Positions 12,075-23,286 of a stretch of 32,973 bases of DNA are shown piece after piece. Source of the DNA: Intoshia linei (taxonomy: Eukaryota > Animalia > Orthonectida). The DNA lies in the NCBI GenBank assembly GCA_001642005.1, contig LWCA01000309.1, positions 1 to 32,973 of the forward strand. Reading direction: 5' to 3'. The notes under the pieces are model-generated. The model searched no databases and had not been told where the DNA came from. It was given only the letters and a program-made list of their open reading frames with translations. The position numbers and the translations under genes are program-made. How positions within the stretch are numbered: the first letter of the stretch is position 1; each line of letters opens with the position of its first letter.

Positions 12075-12510
12075 AAACAGAGAATTAAATCATCAAGAAC
12101 AAATTGTAATATTAAAATTACACGAAGAAGGAAAAGCATTGCGTGAAATTGGCAAACAAGTGGGTCGGCCCTATACACCATTTCTAAAACCCTGAAACGG
12201 CTATGGAAAAATAGAAGTAATGAAATAAGTGGCAGAACTGGTCGAAGAAGGTTATCTTATATCCGCGACGACAGAAATTTTATTAAATTACACCAAATGC
12301 AACCTCAAATGAGTTTATCCCAATGAAAAAACAATGGACCGTAGATGCAAGCAACAGCATAGTTCGTAGGAAGCTGATAGAAAACGGAATAAAATGTTAC
12401 GCAGTTAACAAAAGACTCAGGTTTTATGTGAAAAAAATTTCTAACCGTTTAAGTTTTTGCTCCGATCACTGTAGTTGGTCAATCGATGCATGGCAAAAAG
12501 TCATATTCTC
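12075..12510 (+). mobile_element. Tc1-like transposase remnant (N-terminal HTH to start of DDE domain)
   Basis: With frameshifts it reads RELNHQEQIVILKLHEEGKALREIGKQVGRPY/TISKTLKR...RTGRRRLSYIRDDR...SIVRRKLIENG...NRLSFCSDHCSWSIDAWQKVIFS. This is the typical Tc1 paired-like HTH, a GRPR-like hook and W..VIFS(DE), truncated just before the first catalytic D. Confidence 0.85.
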
Positions 12511-14601
12511 TTTATATGTATATGCTATCATATCTAATATATAATGAAGTAGCAAAACTAATGCATTTAAATTGTAGCACAATCTATACCAGAAATTCTC
12601 AACCTTTTTTGAACTATCGCTATTATTAACCTAGTTATTCTATAAAAACTTTTAACATTTAATATTTTTATCATCAAAATTAATTTTTATCAATTTATAC
12701 GTATACATTATAAAATTCTTTTTTCATTGGACATTTTGCTTTTAATATCTTTCTTTTTAGAATCTGTGACGTTATTTTAAATGGGAATTTGATAATTTTG
12801 TAAGGAATTATCAATCAAAAATCTCGACTCGAGATCTAGTAATTGAACCAGTAAATGTTTGTTATCTCATAAAATAATACGTTTTTAAAACTTAATTTTT
12901 TTGGTAAAATGTAAAAGATATGATTTACAACATTTTTCATCAAAAACATTTTTGTCAAAAAGTCAAATAGAATATTATAACTTATAAGTAACACTTTAAC
13001 ACTGCGAAATATTAAGTATTTAACGCAGCTAGTATTAACCAATTCAAAGACACTTTGTTTGAATATTATCTGTCGAATTCTAATTCTTTAATTAAATTTA
13101 CATTATTTCTTAAATTTTGTAATAATGGAATCATTTCTATGTAAAAATTACATTTTAGGTAGAATCAAATTTAATCAAATCTCACAGAAAAACACTACAT
13201 TTGATAAACTAATGATTAGTTCAACAAGTTGAAAATCGAATAAATATAGTCTTAATCAACTCATAATCAATAAAAATACATTATCTTGTGTCATATATAT
13301 CGATTAAAATTGAGATAAAATATATTTAGATAACTTTTTTTTGAAAAAAATACCATTGATAGACGCATGTACTTATTATTCAATTGATAACTATCTCAGA
13401 CGATGACATCCTTGCTAAAAAAATGATGAAATTCTTGATGAAATTCTTGATGAAACTGCGTATGATCATATCTTATAATTATAATTAGATGCGAAACTAA
13501 TAATTACAATAAATATTAGCTACCGGTTGAATTTAAGTAAAATAAATCAGTTACTATTTGTTAAAAACATTAATCGTAGTTGTTGAGAGAATATGATAAT
13601 AAAATTACTGATAATATCTGACATAGACATGGACTCTATGTGGAGAAAAAATATACATATGTACTCAAATTCTCATACCATTTTTATAAAATTGGCGCTG
13701 CGATGAACTTCTATCGTATCGAATTATATATTACTTTACTTATATATAGTACTTTCACTTTTTACCTACATCTAAAGTACATTTAATGTACTTCTAGGTA
13801 TTAAAAATTTCTGAGACTCACAAGCATACCAAAAAATCGACCTCCTTCCCATCATGACCATATTTAAACGAATGACTAATAATAATTGTACTTACTAAAT
13901 TTAAATACTCCTATTATTATATTATTTATTATGTATGTATTAGAAAAAAGTTTTTTAAATTGAAAAACATCCATTAAAACATCAATCAATATATTATGTA
14001 ATAATACCCGAAAAAATTGGATATTTTGAACCTTTAAACTAACAAAATGTAAATAAAAATACTCTCGGCGTTTCCGTTACATTTAACTCAATATTTTGTT
14101 AACAATTTATTTTGTAAATAAAACACACTCCTTCAAGACAGAATAAACTTCAATGAACTTTCAATGTAAAATTAATCTAATGTAATTAAATTAAATATAA
14201 TTATACACATTGAACAAGCTACAAAACGAATTTGGAAAAAATTGATTAAAATAATCACCAAATCTAACATTAAACAACATTGTCATCAAAAATATCATCA
14301 TATTATATCAATATGAAATAATATATATTAGTTTTTAAACACTTTATAAAGTAGTAGCGAGTATGCTGTTAAATAAATTAAATAAAAATACATTTGTTGA
14401 CTGAAATTCTAGCCAAAATCGTCTAATAGACTAGTTTTAACTGGCACTTTGATAATATCCAAAGATAATCAATAAAATAATGAGCCACGCCTGATATTAT
14501 CCTTGATATTCTGATAATTGTTGGTTTAATAATTATATTGTCATTTACATGTATGTTTAAAATCATCGAGTTGAAATATTTCTATTTTTTCAAATCTTAA
14601 C

Positions 14602-17600
14602 ATGATGAGTTTTTTGTTCACCATCGCAAGCTTTTTTTTAATCTGTTTTAATGTGGTATTTGCTGAACAAGGTACTTTATTATACATTATTAATAGATAA
14701 ATTACAGCTAGTTAAATGCAGTTACATGATAATTTAATTGCAATAGATTTTGCCATTTTATAATTATTTTAATGATTCACATTCCTTAATTTTATGCAAT
14801 ATTATGTTTTATATTCGTCAGATAAAGATTGTTAATCGGTAGAGTGGTATATAGTTATATATCAGACTATTGATTGATATTTTGATTTTTACCACCTGCC
14901 GAGAGACATATCATTTCCGCATTAGCATAATTGGAGAAATTCATAAATCACATTAATGCGAGTAATATTAGAAGTGCAGATGTATTTAATTTGTTTTGAT
15001 TAGTAGGAAAAAAGGAATTTACTCCAATTAGTAAAATTATTTAAATTAAAAACAATTTAAGACTTAGTATTAGTATTATTAATTTAATTTAATTTTTTAA
15101 TTGTTCCATTATAGACAATTGATTATGTTAATATTATTCAAAAATTTAACAATGTAAATTAATTAATTTTTTATAATTATTATATTGTTTTGATTATTTA
15201 ATGCATGAAGCATGAGCATGTTAATTTTAATTAAACAGATAGTGCTATAATTACGAAACCTAACCTGGTCTTCAAAAAAAAATATGCAGTAGTAAATGAA
15301 AGTTTCTTAGCGTATTGTGAAATCAATAGCGGCAATAATTTTTCAACATTACGATGGCTCTACAAACCAAAATTCGACAACAATACTATTGAAATTGCCA
15401 TATCTCGAAACATTAACGAGTTCTTTATTAATCAAGTCAAAGTTTTCATTGACACTACCGCCATCCCTCATATATATGGGATTGAGTTTTTAGGTGTGTT
15501 TTTAATTCATATATTTATTATCCTTTCGTAGAAGCCAAGTTGTGGATGAATGGTAATTTGATTTGCTCTATTGACAACGATACAGCTTCAAAATATATTA
15601 TGACAATTTGTAATTTTTTTTATAGTATTTATTTAGTGTCTATACTAGGGTGGTTTAATAACGTTTAAATTGTGAGACAAATTTGTAAAAGTTACGTGTA
15701 AAAATTTTTATTAATAACTAGATTGACTGTTATGTTGCAAATATATTTAGTATCTTCTTAGATATATAAAAAATAATTTGTAAACTAAAAATATTAGGGG
15801 ATATTGAACATATTTAAATAATTTTTTTTTGTGTTTTAAAATTTATACACGATTTATCAATCTTTTAAATAGGTAATTTAATAAAAGTCTGAAAAATAGA
15901 AATTAAAATATTTAATACAAATTTTTTTTATTGAACATAAGAAATATAGTTAGTGTACAAGTTTAATACGTTGATTAGTTAATACGTGGTATAATTTGAT
16001 AAAATTGTGATTTGATGGTATAACGTGAACACAAAAAAAAGAAGACATTCAAAATATAGAGATGATCTAAATAAATGTTAATATAAATACTTTCAATAAT
16101 AAAATACTTGTTAAGAACAGTGGTTCTCAACCTTTTTTAAAGAATCGTCCTTATAAACCAAAAATTCACACATATTTTTTTATTTTTTTAAATCGCCACG
16201 CCATAATAATGAATTAAAATGAAAAATAGTCCACAAAAACATTTTTTTCGAAAACGATGCGTTGTGTCATATTGATTGGATTTCAGTCAAAATGATTGGA
16301 TTTGAAATTTGAATGAAGTTAAAATCTATATAATTCATTCCTTCGGAATTTTTTCTTTGCTACGCAATTTTTAAATCTCAAATTCTCATTTTCAAAACAG
16401 TTTGTTTAAAATTTAAATTAAAACTACAACAACAAATTACTAAAAGTAATACAACTTTTTTATTATCATGTTTATATTTATTACAATAATTTGCAATGTT
16501 GTAAAATTCACCTTAAATATGTTTATAAAGTGAAGATTCAGTTAATTATTGATACATAATTGGAATTTTTGGTATTTTACAATAAAAAGGAATGATAAAT
16601 GACGGCTCAACCTGAAACAACTTTGGGAACCACTCCTTTAAAGGATTGATAATAGTGAATAGTAGGATTTTTTAAGTTAGATTTTCAACGTAAATTTATT
16701 TTTTTGGTAGAATAAAAATGTGCCTTCGGCGGAGCTAAGTGCTGTTTGTACGTAGTACATAACAGTCAACTTAGTATTGTTTATAATTATATAAATTTAA
16801 CAATTATTTGAAAATTAAATTGATTTAATAAATTAGTGAAACCCGTGGTGAGTCTAGAAATTGATAGAGAAATGGGAGAATGCTACGATAACATTTACAT
16901 AAAATCAAAAAAAGAATACAGTCCAATTCTATGGAAAAAATCAATAAACATTGTGTGCACAGTAAATTCTTACCCTGAGTCAGAACTTAAATTATTAATC
17001 GATGGATATGATATAGATGATTATAATTCAGTACATTCAAAAAATTTGATTTACTTGTATGATGAATATACAAACATTCTTAATAATGGAAGTATCGATG
17101 TAAAATGTATTAAACTCAATGATGCCAAATTTGATATAAAGCACAATGTAACATGTTGGGCAGAGCAGAAAATATCCAACGCAATTGAATCCATTTCTAA
17201 AAATATTATTCATGAGACTAAACCTATAATTGTCTGTGATTCTATCAAACTCAGTCCTTTTTCCGATATATCTTGTTTAGTTAAAATGTATCCAACTTTT
17301 CGGGTTGTAAAACTTAATGTAAAATTTAATACTACAAGTCATAATGTAGAATTAAAACATCCCATAGTGTTGAAAAACTTTTTCTATCCACATCCAGATT
17401 TTGACGTCGATATTAATATGGTATAAATACAAATTTATTATTAGTTGGCATATAATACACATGTATATAGAAATATGTATGTACACATAAAAGTACATTG
17501 TACTTATTACAATATGGTATAATGTACTATTAGAGTTGTTCTTTTCATTTTTGTAAATTTTTTTAAACAGCAGTGCCAATGTGTGTAGGAATGATGAATT

Positions 17601-19747
17601 CAAGAGTATTTCCCCAAAAATATAAATATATTTATTTAGTTGTATTGGTAAGTTATAATAAATTACAATAAGTCATTTCAAAGGAAATCATGTGCGTGAA
17701 TCAAATGTAATAATAAAACATACTTTAGAAGCATCCCTATTAATCCATTAATCAATCAATTACAAAATTTTACATGTATCCCATGTAGTTATAAGCCCCT
17801 GTTGGGAGTTGGGTCCTGCCGCTGGCAGGTGCGGATGGTCTGAGTCAGTAGATTACTTTTTTGTAATGATAATGATGTTTCAATTGATAATGAGAAAATT
17901 GAATTTTCCAAACAAATTTTTCATTTTCCCAATAAATATTTTACTTTTTCTAACATTCAATGAATTGTAATTCAATGTCTGTGTGTCACCGTATATTTAA
18001 AAAATTAACAGTCGTAGAATTTAAATAAACCCAATTGCTAATGCAATTTTGCGCGAGTGATGTCTTCATCAAAATGTCATTTTCCGAAATTGAGTCCTTC
18101 GGGGTTACAAACTCAATTTGCCATTTTTAACAATTTTAACAAAAACCTTTTGACAATTAATATTTTTTGTTCATTCCTTAAGAGTTAGGAGACTATAGAC
18201 AGAGGGTTTTTTAACTTTTTCCAAATCATTTTGTTTTAGTTTCTGCGAGAAATTTTATAATAAATTACTAATGAAATAGTGTGGAAATTAAACAATTCAC
18301 ACTTTATTTTTGATTCTAGTTTTATATATTTCATACAAATAAATCGATACGATAGGGTTTAAAACTTTTAAAATTTGTGGTATATTTTTTTATGTTTTTG
18401 ATCTGATTATACAATGTATAATATACACAGATATTTATGGTACTGGATTCATATTTTCAAAGATTTTTTTTGAAAATTACAACTCTAATCATTAGAGTCT
18501 AATGGGTACATTCAGTATACTATTATGTGTACATTGTGTAATTATAATTTGAATAGACGTCGAATTACACACTCAATTTAATTTTCAAATTAAAAAAAAA
18601 AACTAACAATTATACAGTTTTACTAAAAGTGGAGAATCCTTTGGGATGGTCGCTTTATACTATAAAAAAAGGTAATTTTAATTTTAATTTATTATATATA
18701 TTTTATGGGAAGTATTTTATTTGTTAGCATTTATTAAAATAATGGCAGTATTTTAATAAAAAATTTTCAGTATTTTCAACAAAAATTGTCAGTATAAATA
18801 TTAAAATTTCAGTAATAAAATGTACTTTGTCAGTATTCAATTACATATTTATCAGTTTTTAATTTAAATACTGACAGTATATTTAAAGTACTGACAAAAT
18901 AATTTTTTTTACTGCCCTTCCAATTTAAATACTAACAATCAATTATTTATAATAATACCTTGTCAACTGACACCTAAAATACTGAAAATCCATTATATCA
19001 ACTGACAATTCAATATTTCTACTGACAAACCATCTAAAATACTGACACTTTACGGATTCAAAATACTGACGCGATAAATACAAGCCATATTTTATTATAT
19101 ACATTTTAATAATTTTAGATGAAGCGCTACCAGTGATCACCACTCCTGTTGACCAAAACAGTAATTTTTTTACATAATATTAACGGTTGGCAATTAACAA
19201 ATTTTTAAATTTTTGAAAAAATTTCAAAGAAAACATACAACAAAAAAATTAATATTTTATTTTAATTTTTTGTAAATTTATATTATCTTATTTTTTTTAA
19301 TTTTTTCTACAAAGTAATAATTTTATTTTAGTAGACCACGATACATTTTATAGTAAAGTATGTACTATTAAACCCTGCACTATGTATTTTAATACTTTGT
19401 GTACATTGCCAATCGCATAATCAATCAATGTGCATTAAAAAAATTATTGTACACCAAGAGGTTTTCAATATTATTATTTCATTATAATGATAATTTTATA
19501 AGAAATTATAAATACATGTAGTAAATCCAAAAACACTTTTTATAACCGATTGCCTATTGCATTTTGTACATAATATTTTGACCACCATTTAACACAATTT
19601 ATTACAATTACATGTATATAAAATATAAATTATTTTAAAGACACCACCATAAGCAAAAAAGAATCGGATGATGGAAGTGGATCAATGCAGATGTATCCTT
19701 CTGTGTGCATGAAGATTATATTATATCTTATATTATACATATTTTAA
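14602..19747 (+). CDS. Secreted, probably GPI-anchored immunoglobulin-superfamily protein (3 Ig-like domains), 7 exons, 416 aa
   Basis: Exons: 14602-14671 (signal peptide MMSFLFTIASFFLICFNVVFA-EQ), 15239-15493, 15532-15609, 16837-17420, 18557-18671, 19119-19160, 19641-19747; total 1251 nt, all GT-AG and in phase. Ig motifs: AYCEI...LRWL...NGNLICS; IVCTVNSYP...VTCWAEQ; ISCLVKMYP...VENPLG. A Thr/Pro stalk precedes the GPI-signal-like end DDGSGSMQMYPSVCMKIILYLILYIF*. AATAAA at 19755. Confidence 0.8.
16118..16635. mobile_element. Probable hAT-type MITE in Ig gene intron 3
   Basis: Imperfect Charlie/Buster-like TIRs CAGTGGTTCTCAA...TTGGGAACCACTC. The 8-bp flanks do not match, so the boundaries are uncertain. 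Confidence 0.45.
18705..19072. repeat. Bipartite inverted periodic array of an ~11-bp motif (TGTCAGTATTT / AAATACTGACA)
   Basis: CAGTA-type cores at 18746, 18768, 18790, 18810, 18831 and 18853 are followed by the reverse-complement core (ACTGA) at ~18871, 18891, 18912, 18932, 18967, 18982, 19002, 19022, 19042 and 19066. Spacing is mostly 20-22 nt and the spacers are variable. Confidence 0.8.
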
Positions 19748-19857
19748 TGTTGATAATAAATTTGTATGTTTGAAATTGCATGATTTTATAAATTTGATGA
19801 AATGGAATAATTAAAAAAACATAAACAATTAAAATTAAATAAATTGTTAATATTTAG

Positions 19858-21317
19858 ACCCAAAAATGAAAATTAACATTAAACTAAATAATGTAACTAT
19901 AAATGAACATTTAAAGTTGATAATCAATTGTACTGTAATCTCTTCAAAGAATCAAATTTTCTACATATATTGGTTCAAAAAATTAAAAAACTTTACTAAT
20001 ATAAATCAAATCAAAATGATTTCTATTAATGATATATTATTATACCCTTTCAATTCATTGCCAAGATTTAAAGTTACTGATCATGTTACGTTGGCTTTTA
20101 GTTACAGAACAAATTCATTGATTATTTCAGGTTAGAACATAATTATAATCAGTAGGTTATTTTTTGGTATATTATAGACATTCGTTTACATAGACAGACA
20201 GACGTTTTTATTAATTAATGTCATATTTTCAAATCGTTAAATCGTTTTTGAACAACATTTCAAATTTTCTTTTGGTAATAAAAAGAATACTAAAGTGCTT
20301 TTTTAAACATAAAGGCATCACTTTATCACATTGAAATTTTTTGTGTGTTTTCACTGGATATAACTGTATCAGTTGTATTTTTTTTTTTTAATTCTAAGAC
20401 TATATTGATTTTTTTAAAAAAGGCCAATATGTGGTTTTGGTACTGAAAATGCAATTTTTTGAGGTTGCCATTTATTGTAATCCTTATGATTTTAAAAACT
20501 ATCCCCGAATTTAAGTTTTATAAAATTTTAGTACATTTTTCATTTTTTAAACATGAAGTAATTTGTGGTTTTGACTATGAAGGTGTGCGTTTCTGAGGCT
20601 AAGATTTACGACAATGTTAATCATTTTTAAGCGCATCCCAATAGGTAAATTTGGGTTTTTGACCTGAAGGGCTCAAATTTGGAATCTGAAAATAGATATA
20701 AACACGTTATGGGAAAAACTGTATTAGATATTGGATTTTTTAATACTACGACACACAAACACACAAAATTCAATTTTTTATAAGTAAAGGATGATTTTAC
20801 CGCGGCGTTTCCAAATTTATGTCTAGGGTAGATTTCAATGAAATCGGAAAATTAAAAACCACGATTTATCATTACGATCGTATATAATCTATTTGATTTT
20901 AAGTCAACGTATCAATGAGCTGATTGAGCGTTTATAAATATGATATTGGATTAGTCGATAAATTAAATTATAGATGTCTCAAAAATGGATTCAGGTTATT
21001 ATGGCTGTTGCACTACTACGAATTATAGTAAAATAATATGGCTCCAAGAAAAAATAACTGTAAAATGTAATAACAACGTATTAATTGTAAATAAAATTGA
21101 AAATTTAAGATAAACCAACAAACATAAATATGTACATGAAAGATTCGTACGGCTACAAAATTTTGTCAAATGAATTACATGTTAAAGAAAATGATGTTAT
21201 TCATATAAAATGCAATTACACTGGAGGATATCCATCCAAAAAATTGAATATATTTATTAAAAATTTAACCTACCCACAAACGAATGTCACCAAAGTATCA
21301 CTAGCTAATCAGTATCG
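19858..21317 (+). CDS. Second Ig-superfamily exon cassette (V-set domain plus start of a C2-type domain); partial, with no own leader exon and no 3' end found
   Basis: Exons 19858-20130 (phase-1 acceptor; LIINCTV...YIYWFKK), 20974-21066 (DVSKMDSGYYGCC, canonical D-x-G-x-Y-x-C) and 21110-21317 (YKPTNI...IKCNYTGGYPS). All are in phase with GT-AG introns. The last donor could alternatively be at 21295. Confidence 0.75.
20380..20791 (-). mobile_element. Helitron-like repeat family copy (intron of second Ig cassette)
   Basis: Same internal sequence as 4040-4393 and the same terminus A|TCCTTTACTTATAAAAAATTGAATTTTGTGTGT on the minus strand. Confidence 0.65.
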
Positions 21318-21480
21318 GTAATTTTAAACTCAGTATACACCAAGCCCTCCAACTTGAATTTTTCACAATAAAATTTTAGTCTTTACAGATAGGTACCGAG
21401 CAAACTGAAACGCAAATTTTCATCTTTCTTTTTAATAAAAATATTTTATAAGTTGCAATACAGTCTAAGTCCTTATTAAC

Positions 21481-21720
21481 AAGGGGTGTCAATTATGCGA
21501 CCCCCAATTATGGAATGTGCGGCCCGCGTTATAATATAAATTTTTATTTTTTATAACAATTTTTTATACATATTTCTTATTTTACAGTTTTTTCATATAT
21601 GTTTCATAATTTATTTATTCATTATTACAATTTTTGCACTTATTTCATTGTTATTGTTTCATATTTGATTTTATGAATTAAAATTATTATAAATTAATTA
21701 AATCTGTTAGTTTTAACATA
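21481..21720. mobile_element. Partial hAT MITE (same family as 22018-22337), cut by the assembly N
   Basis: Near-identical to 22018-22249 (AGGGGTGTCAATTATGCGACCCCCAATTATGGAATGTGCGGCCCGCG...) with several substitutions; stops at the N at 21721. Confidence 0.85.
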
Positions 21721-21721
21721 N
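21721..21721. other. Assembly gap or ambiguous base, probably a contig join
   Basis: This is the single N in the window. A MITE is cut on its left and an unrelated Tc1 terminal fragment begins on its right. Confidence 0.85.
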
Positions 21722-21990
21722 TCTAATATTTTCATTTAATTAACATAATTAATTGTATTATTTTATAGGTCCCTATAAGACTTATGTTGCTTGGAATTTT
21801 GCAATTTTAATTAAAAATGCCTATATTTCATTAATTATTAAAAAATTTTTATAGTTTTTACATTTTTAGGGTTTTTAAATATTTGTTATTGACTATACAC
21901 TTGATATGATATAAGAAAATATCTTGAATCATGAACCAGGAGTGTTTAAATTAATTACAATGGGGTGCCTAAGACTTATGTCGCGCACTG
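21722..21990. mobile_element. One end of an IR/DR-type Tc1 element
   Basis: It ends GGGGTGCCTAAGACTTATGTCGCGCACTG|TA, whose reverse complement CAGTGCGCGACATAAGTCTTAGGCACCCC is Tc1-TIR-like. An inner direct repeat TAAGACTTATGTTGC lies at ~21776. Confidence 0.7.
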
Positions 21991-22017
21991 TAGATAAAAC
22001 AGACACAAACTATATAG

Positions 22018-22337
22018 CAGGGTGTTAATTATGCGGCCCCTAATTATGGAATGTGTGGCCCGCGTTATAATATAAATTTTTATTTTTTATAACAATTTTT
22101 TATACATATTTCTTATTTTACAGTTTTTTCATATATTTTTCATGATTTATTTATTCGTTATTACAATGTTTACACTTATTCCATTTATATTGTTTCATAT
22201 TTAATTTTATGAATTTAAAATTATTATAAATCTGTTAGTTTTAACATAAGTTTTTGAGTAAAGATTTTTTTTGTGCGGCCCGCGTAATAATTTTTTTTCA
22301 CATTTGGCCCGCCAACAAATTGAGTCTGACACCCCTG
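22018..22337. mobile_element. 320-bp hAT (Charlie/Buster-like) MITE
   Basis: TIRs CAGGGTGTTAA / CTGACACCCCTG, a perfect 8-bp TSD CTATATAG at 22010-17 and 22338-45, and subterminal GCGGCCCGCG motifs. Confidence 0.92.
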
Positions 22338-22354
22338 CTATATAGGGTATAGTC

Positions 22355-23099
22355 CAGGGGTGCACAACCTGTGGCCGTGGGCAATCCATGTGATCATAAT
22401 GCAATATATCATTTTACTTCAAATTGAAAAGTTTAAATCAGATTTTATTCAAGGGCAATTTAAAATATTATAATCAAAAAATTACATTTTTGACTTGACA
22501 CAGTTTCTCTAATTAATTAAAACTTGCCGATATTAAAATTTGAAGAAAACAGAAATTAGACCTAAACTTAAGGTCAAAAGTAAATCTTTAAAGTTGGTAG
22601 TAAGAATACTGGTATGTAGTACAGGTCTGCACTGAGCAGTGGTTTGCAATAATGGATGAATCGCCCTCTTTGGGTCGATTCAAATTTATCATACTATACA
22701 AAATGTCCATTATTATTTATGTGTCGTTAAAGCATGTTAAAATGTTGAAATGGTCTGTTGATAACGAAATTGGGGTGTGGTAACGCGAAATATTTTGAAT
22801 CTTTATAACTTTATAAAACTATTCACAATGGGCATCTTTTTAAAATTACTTAATTTAAATTTTATGATTGCTTTATTATATAATGAAATATACCATTTTA
22901 CGTCAAATTGAAAAAGTTTAAATCAGATTTTATTCAAGGACAATTTAAAATATTTTAATCAAAAAGTTACATTTTTGACTTTGGCCACTTTCTCAAAATG
23001 GATTTATACTTTTTCAATGTCAAAGTAAATTTTGTGCGGTTCATATCAACGAGTAAAGTAGCTTTGCGGCTGAATTGGTGGAAAGGTTGTGCATCCCTG
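22355..23099. mobile_element. 745-bp hAT non-autonomous element with internal ~90-bp direct repeat
   Basis: TIRs CAGGGGTGCACAACCT / AGGTTGTGCATCCCTG and TSD-like flanks GTATAGTC / GTCTAGCC (6/8). There is an internal duplication ~22419-22510 vs ~22903-22995. Confidence 0.85.
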
Positions 23100-23286
23100 G
23101 TCTAGCCGATCTCATAAATGATATTATAACATGCTGTTTCAAAGTACGACCCGCAACAATTACATTTGATTACATGATTGTTTGATTTCATTTCACATAT
23201 ACATTTTATTCTAATTATTGGAATGTACTTGTAATGTAATTGGAACGTAATTGTATTGGAAAAATATCAAAATAATTTAAAATAAC

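Noticed and set aside
11322-13042. ORFs 11322-11528(-) and 12836-13042(-); GGGTAATT/TTACCCAC motifs at 11420-11470
   Set aside because: The ORFs show no protein motifs or splice support. The repeated GGGTAAT motifs look like MITE subterminal sequence, but the ends could not be defined.
13380-13720. 12-bp tandem GATGAAATTCTT (about 2.6 copies) and acidic coding-like text (ISDDDIL..DEILDEILDE)
   Set aside because: It is broken by frameshifts and stops and matches no recognisable family. It may be old TE debris but is not supportable as a feature.
18705-19072. Repeat-spacer array as a CRISPR
   Set aside because: The repeat (~11 nt) and spacers (~10 nt) are far too short, the orientation flips, it sits in a eukaryotic intron and there are no cas genes.
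19709-19763. MKIILYLILYIF as the signal peptide of Ig cassette B, using the GTATGT donor at 19764
   Set aside because: The donor is in phase with exon 19858, but four in-frame stops (TAA TGT TGA TAA TAA) intervene. The peptide is better explained as the hydrophobic tail of gene A's GPI signal.
23102-23211. Minus-strand frame after an AG, in phase with SIX exon 2, reading IKCICEMKSNNHVIKCNCCGSYFETACYNII (PHD-finger-like Cys spacing)
   Set aside because: The zinc-ligand His is Glu and the last Cys pair is absent. Part of the sequence (CATGCTGTTTCAAAGTACGACCCGC on +) looks like a decayed hAT terminus. It is most likely coincidence unless RNA-seq shows a 23287>23211 junction.
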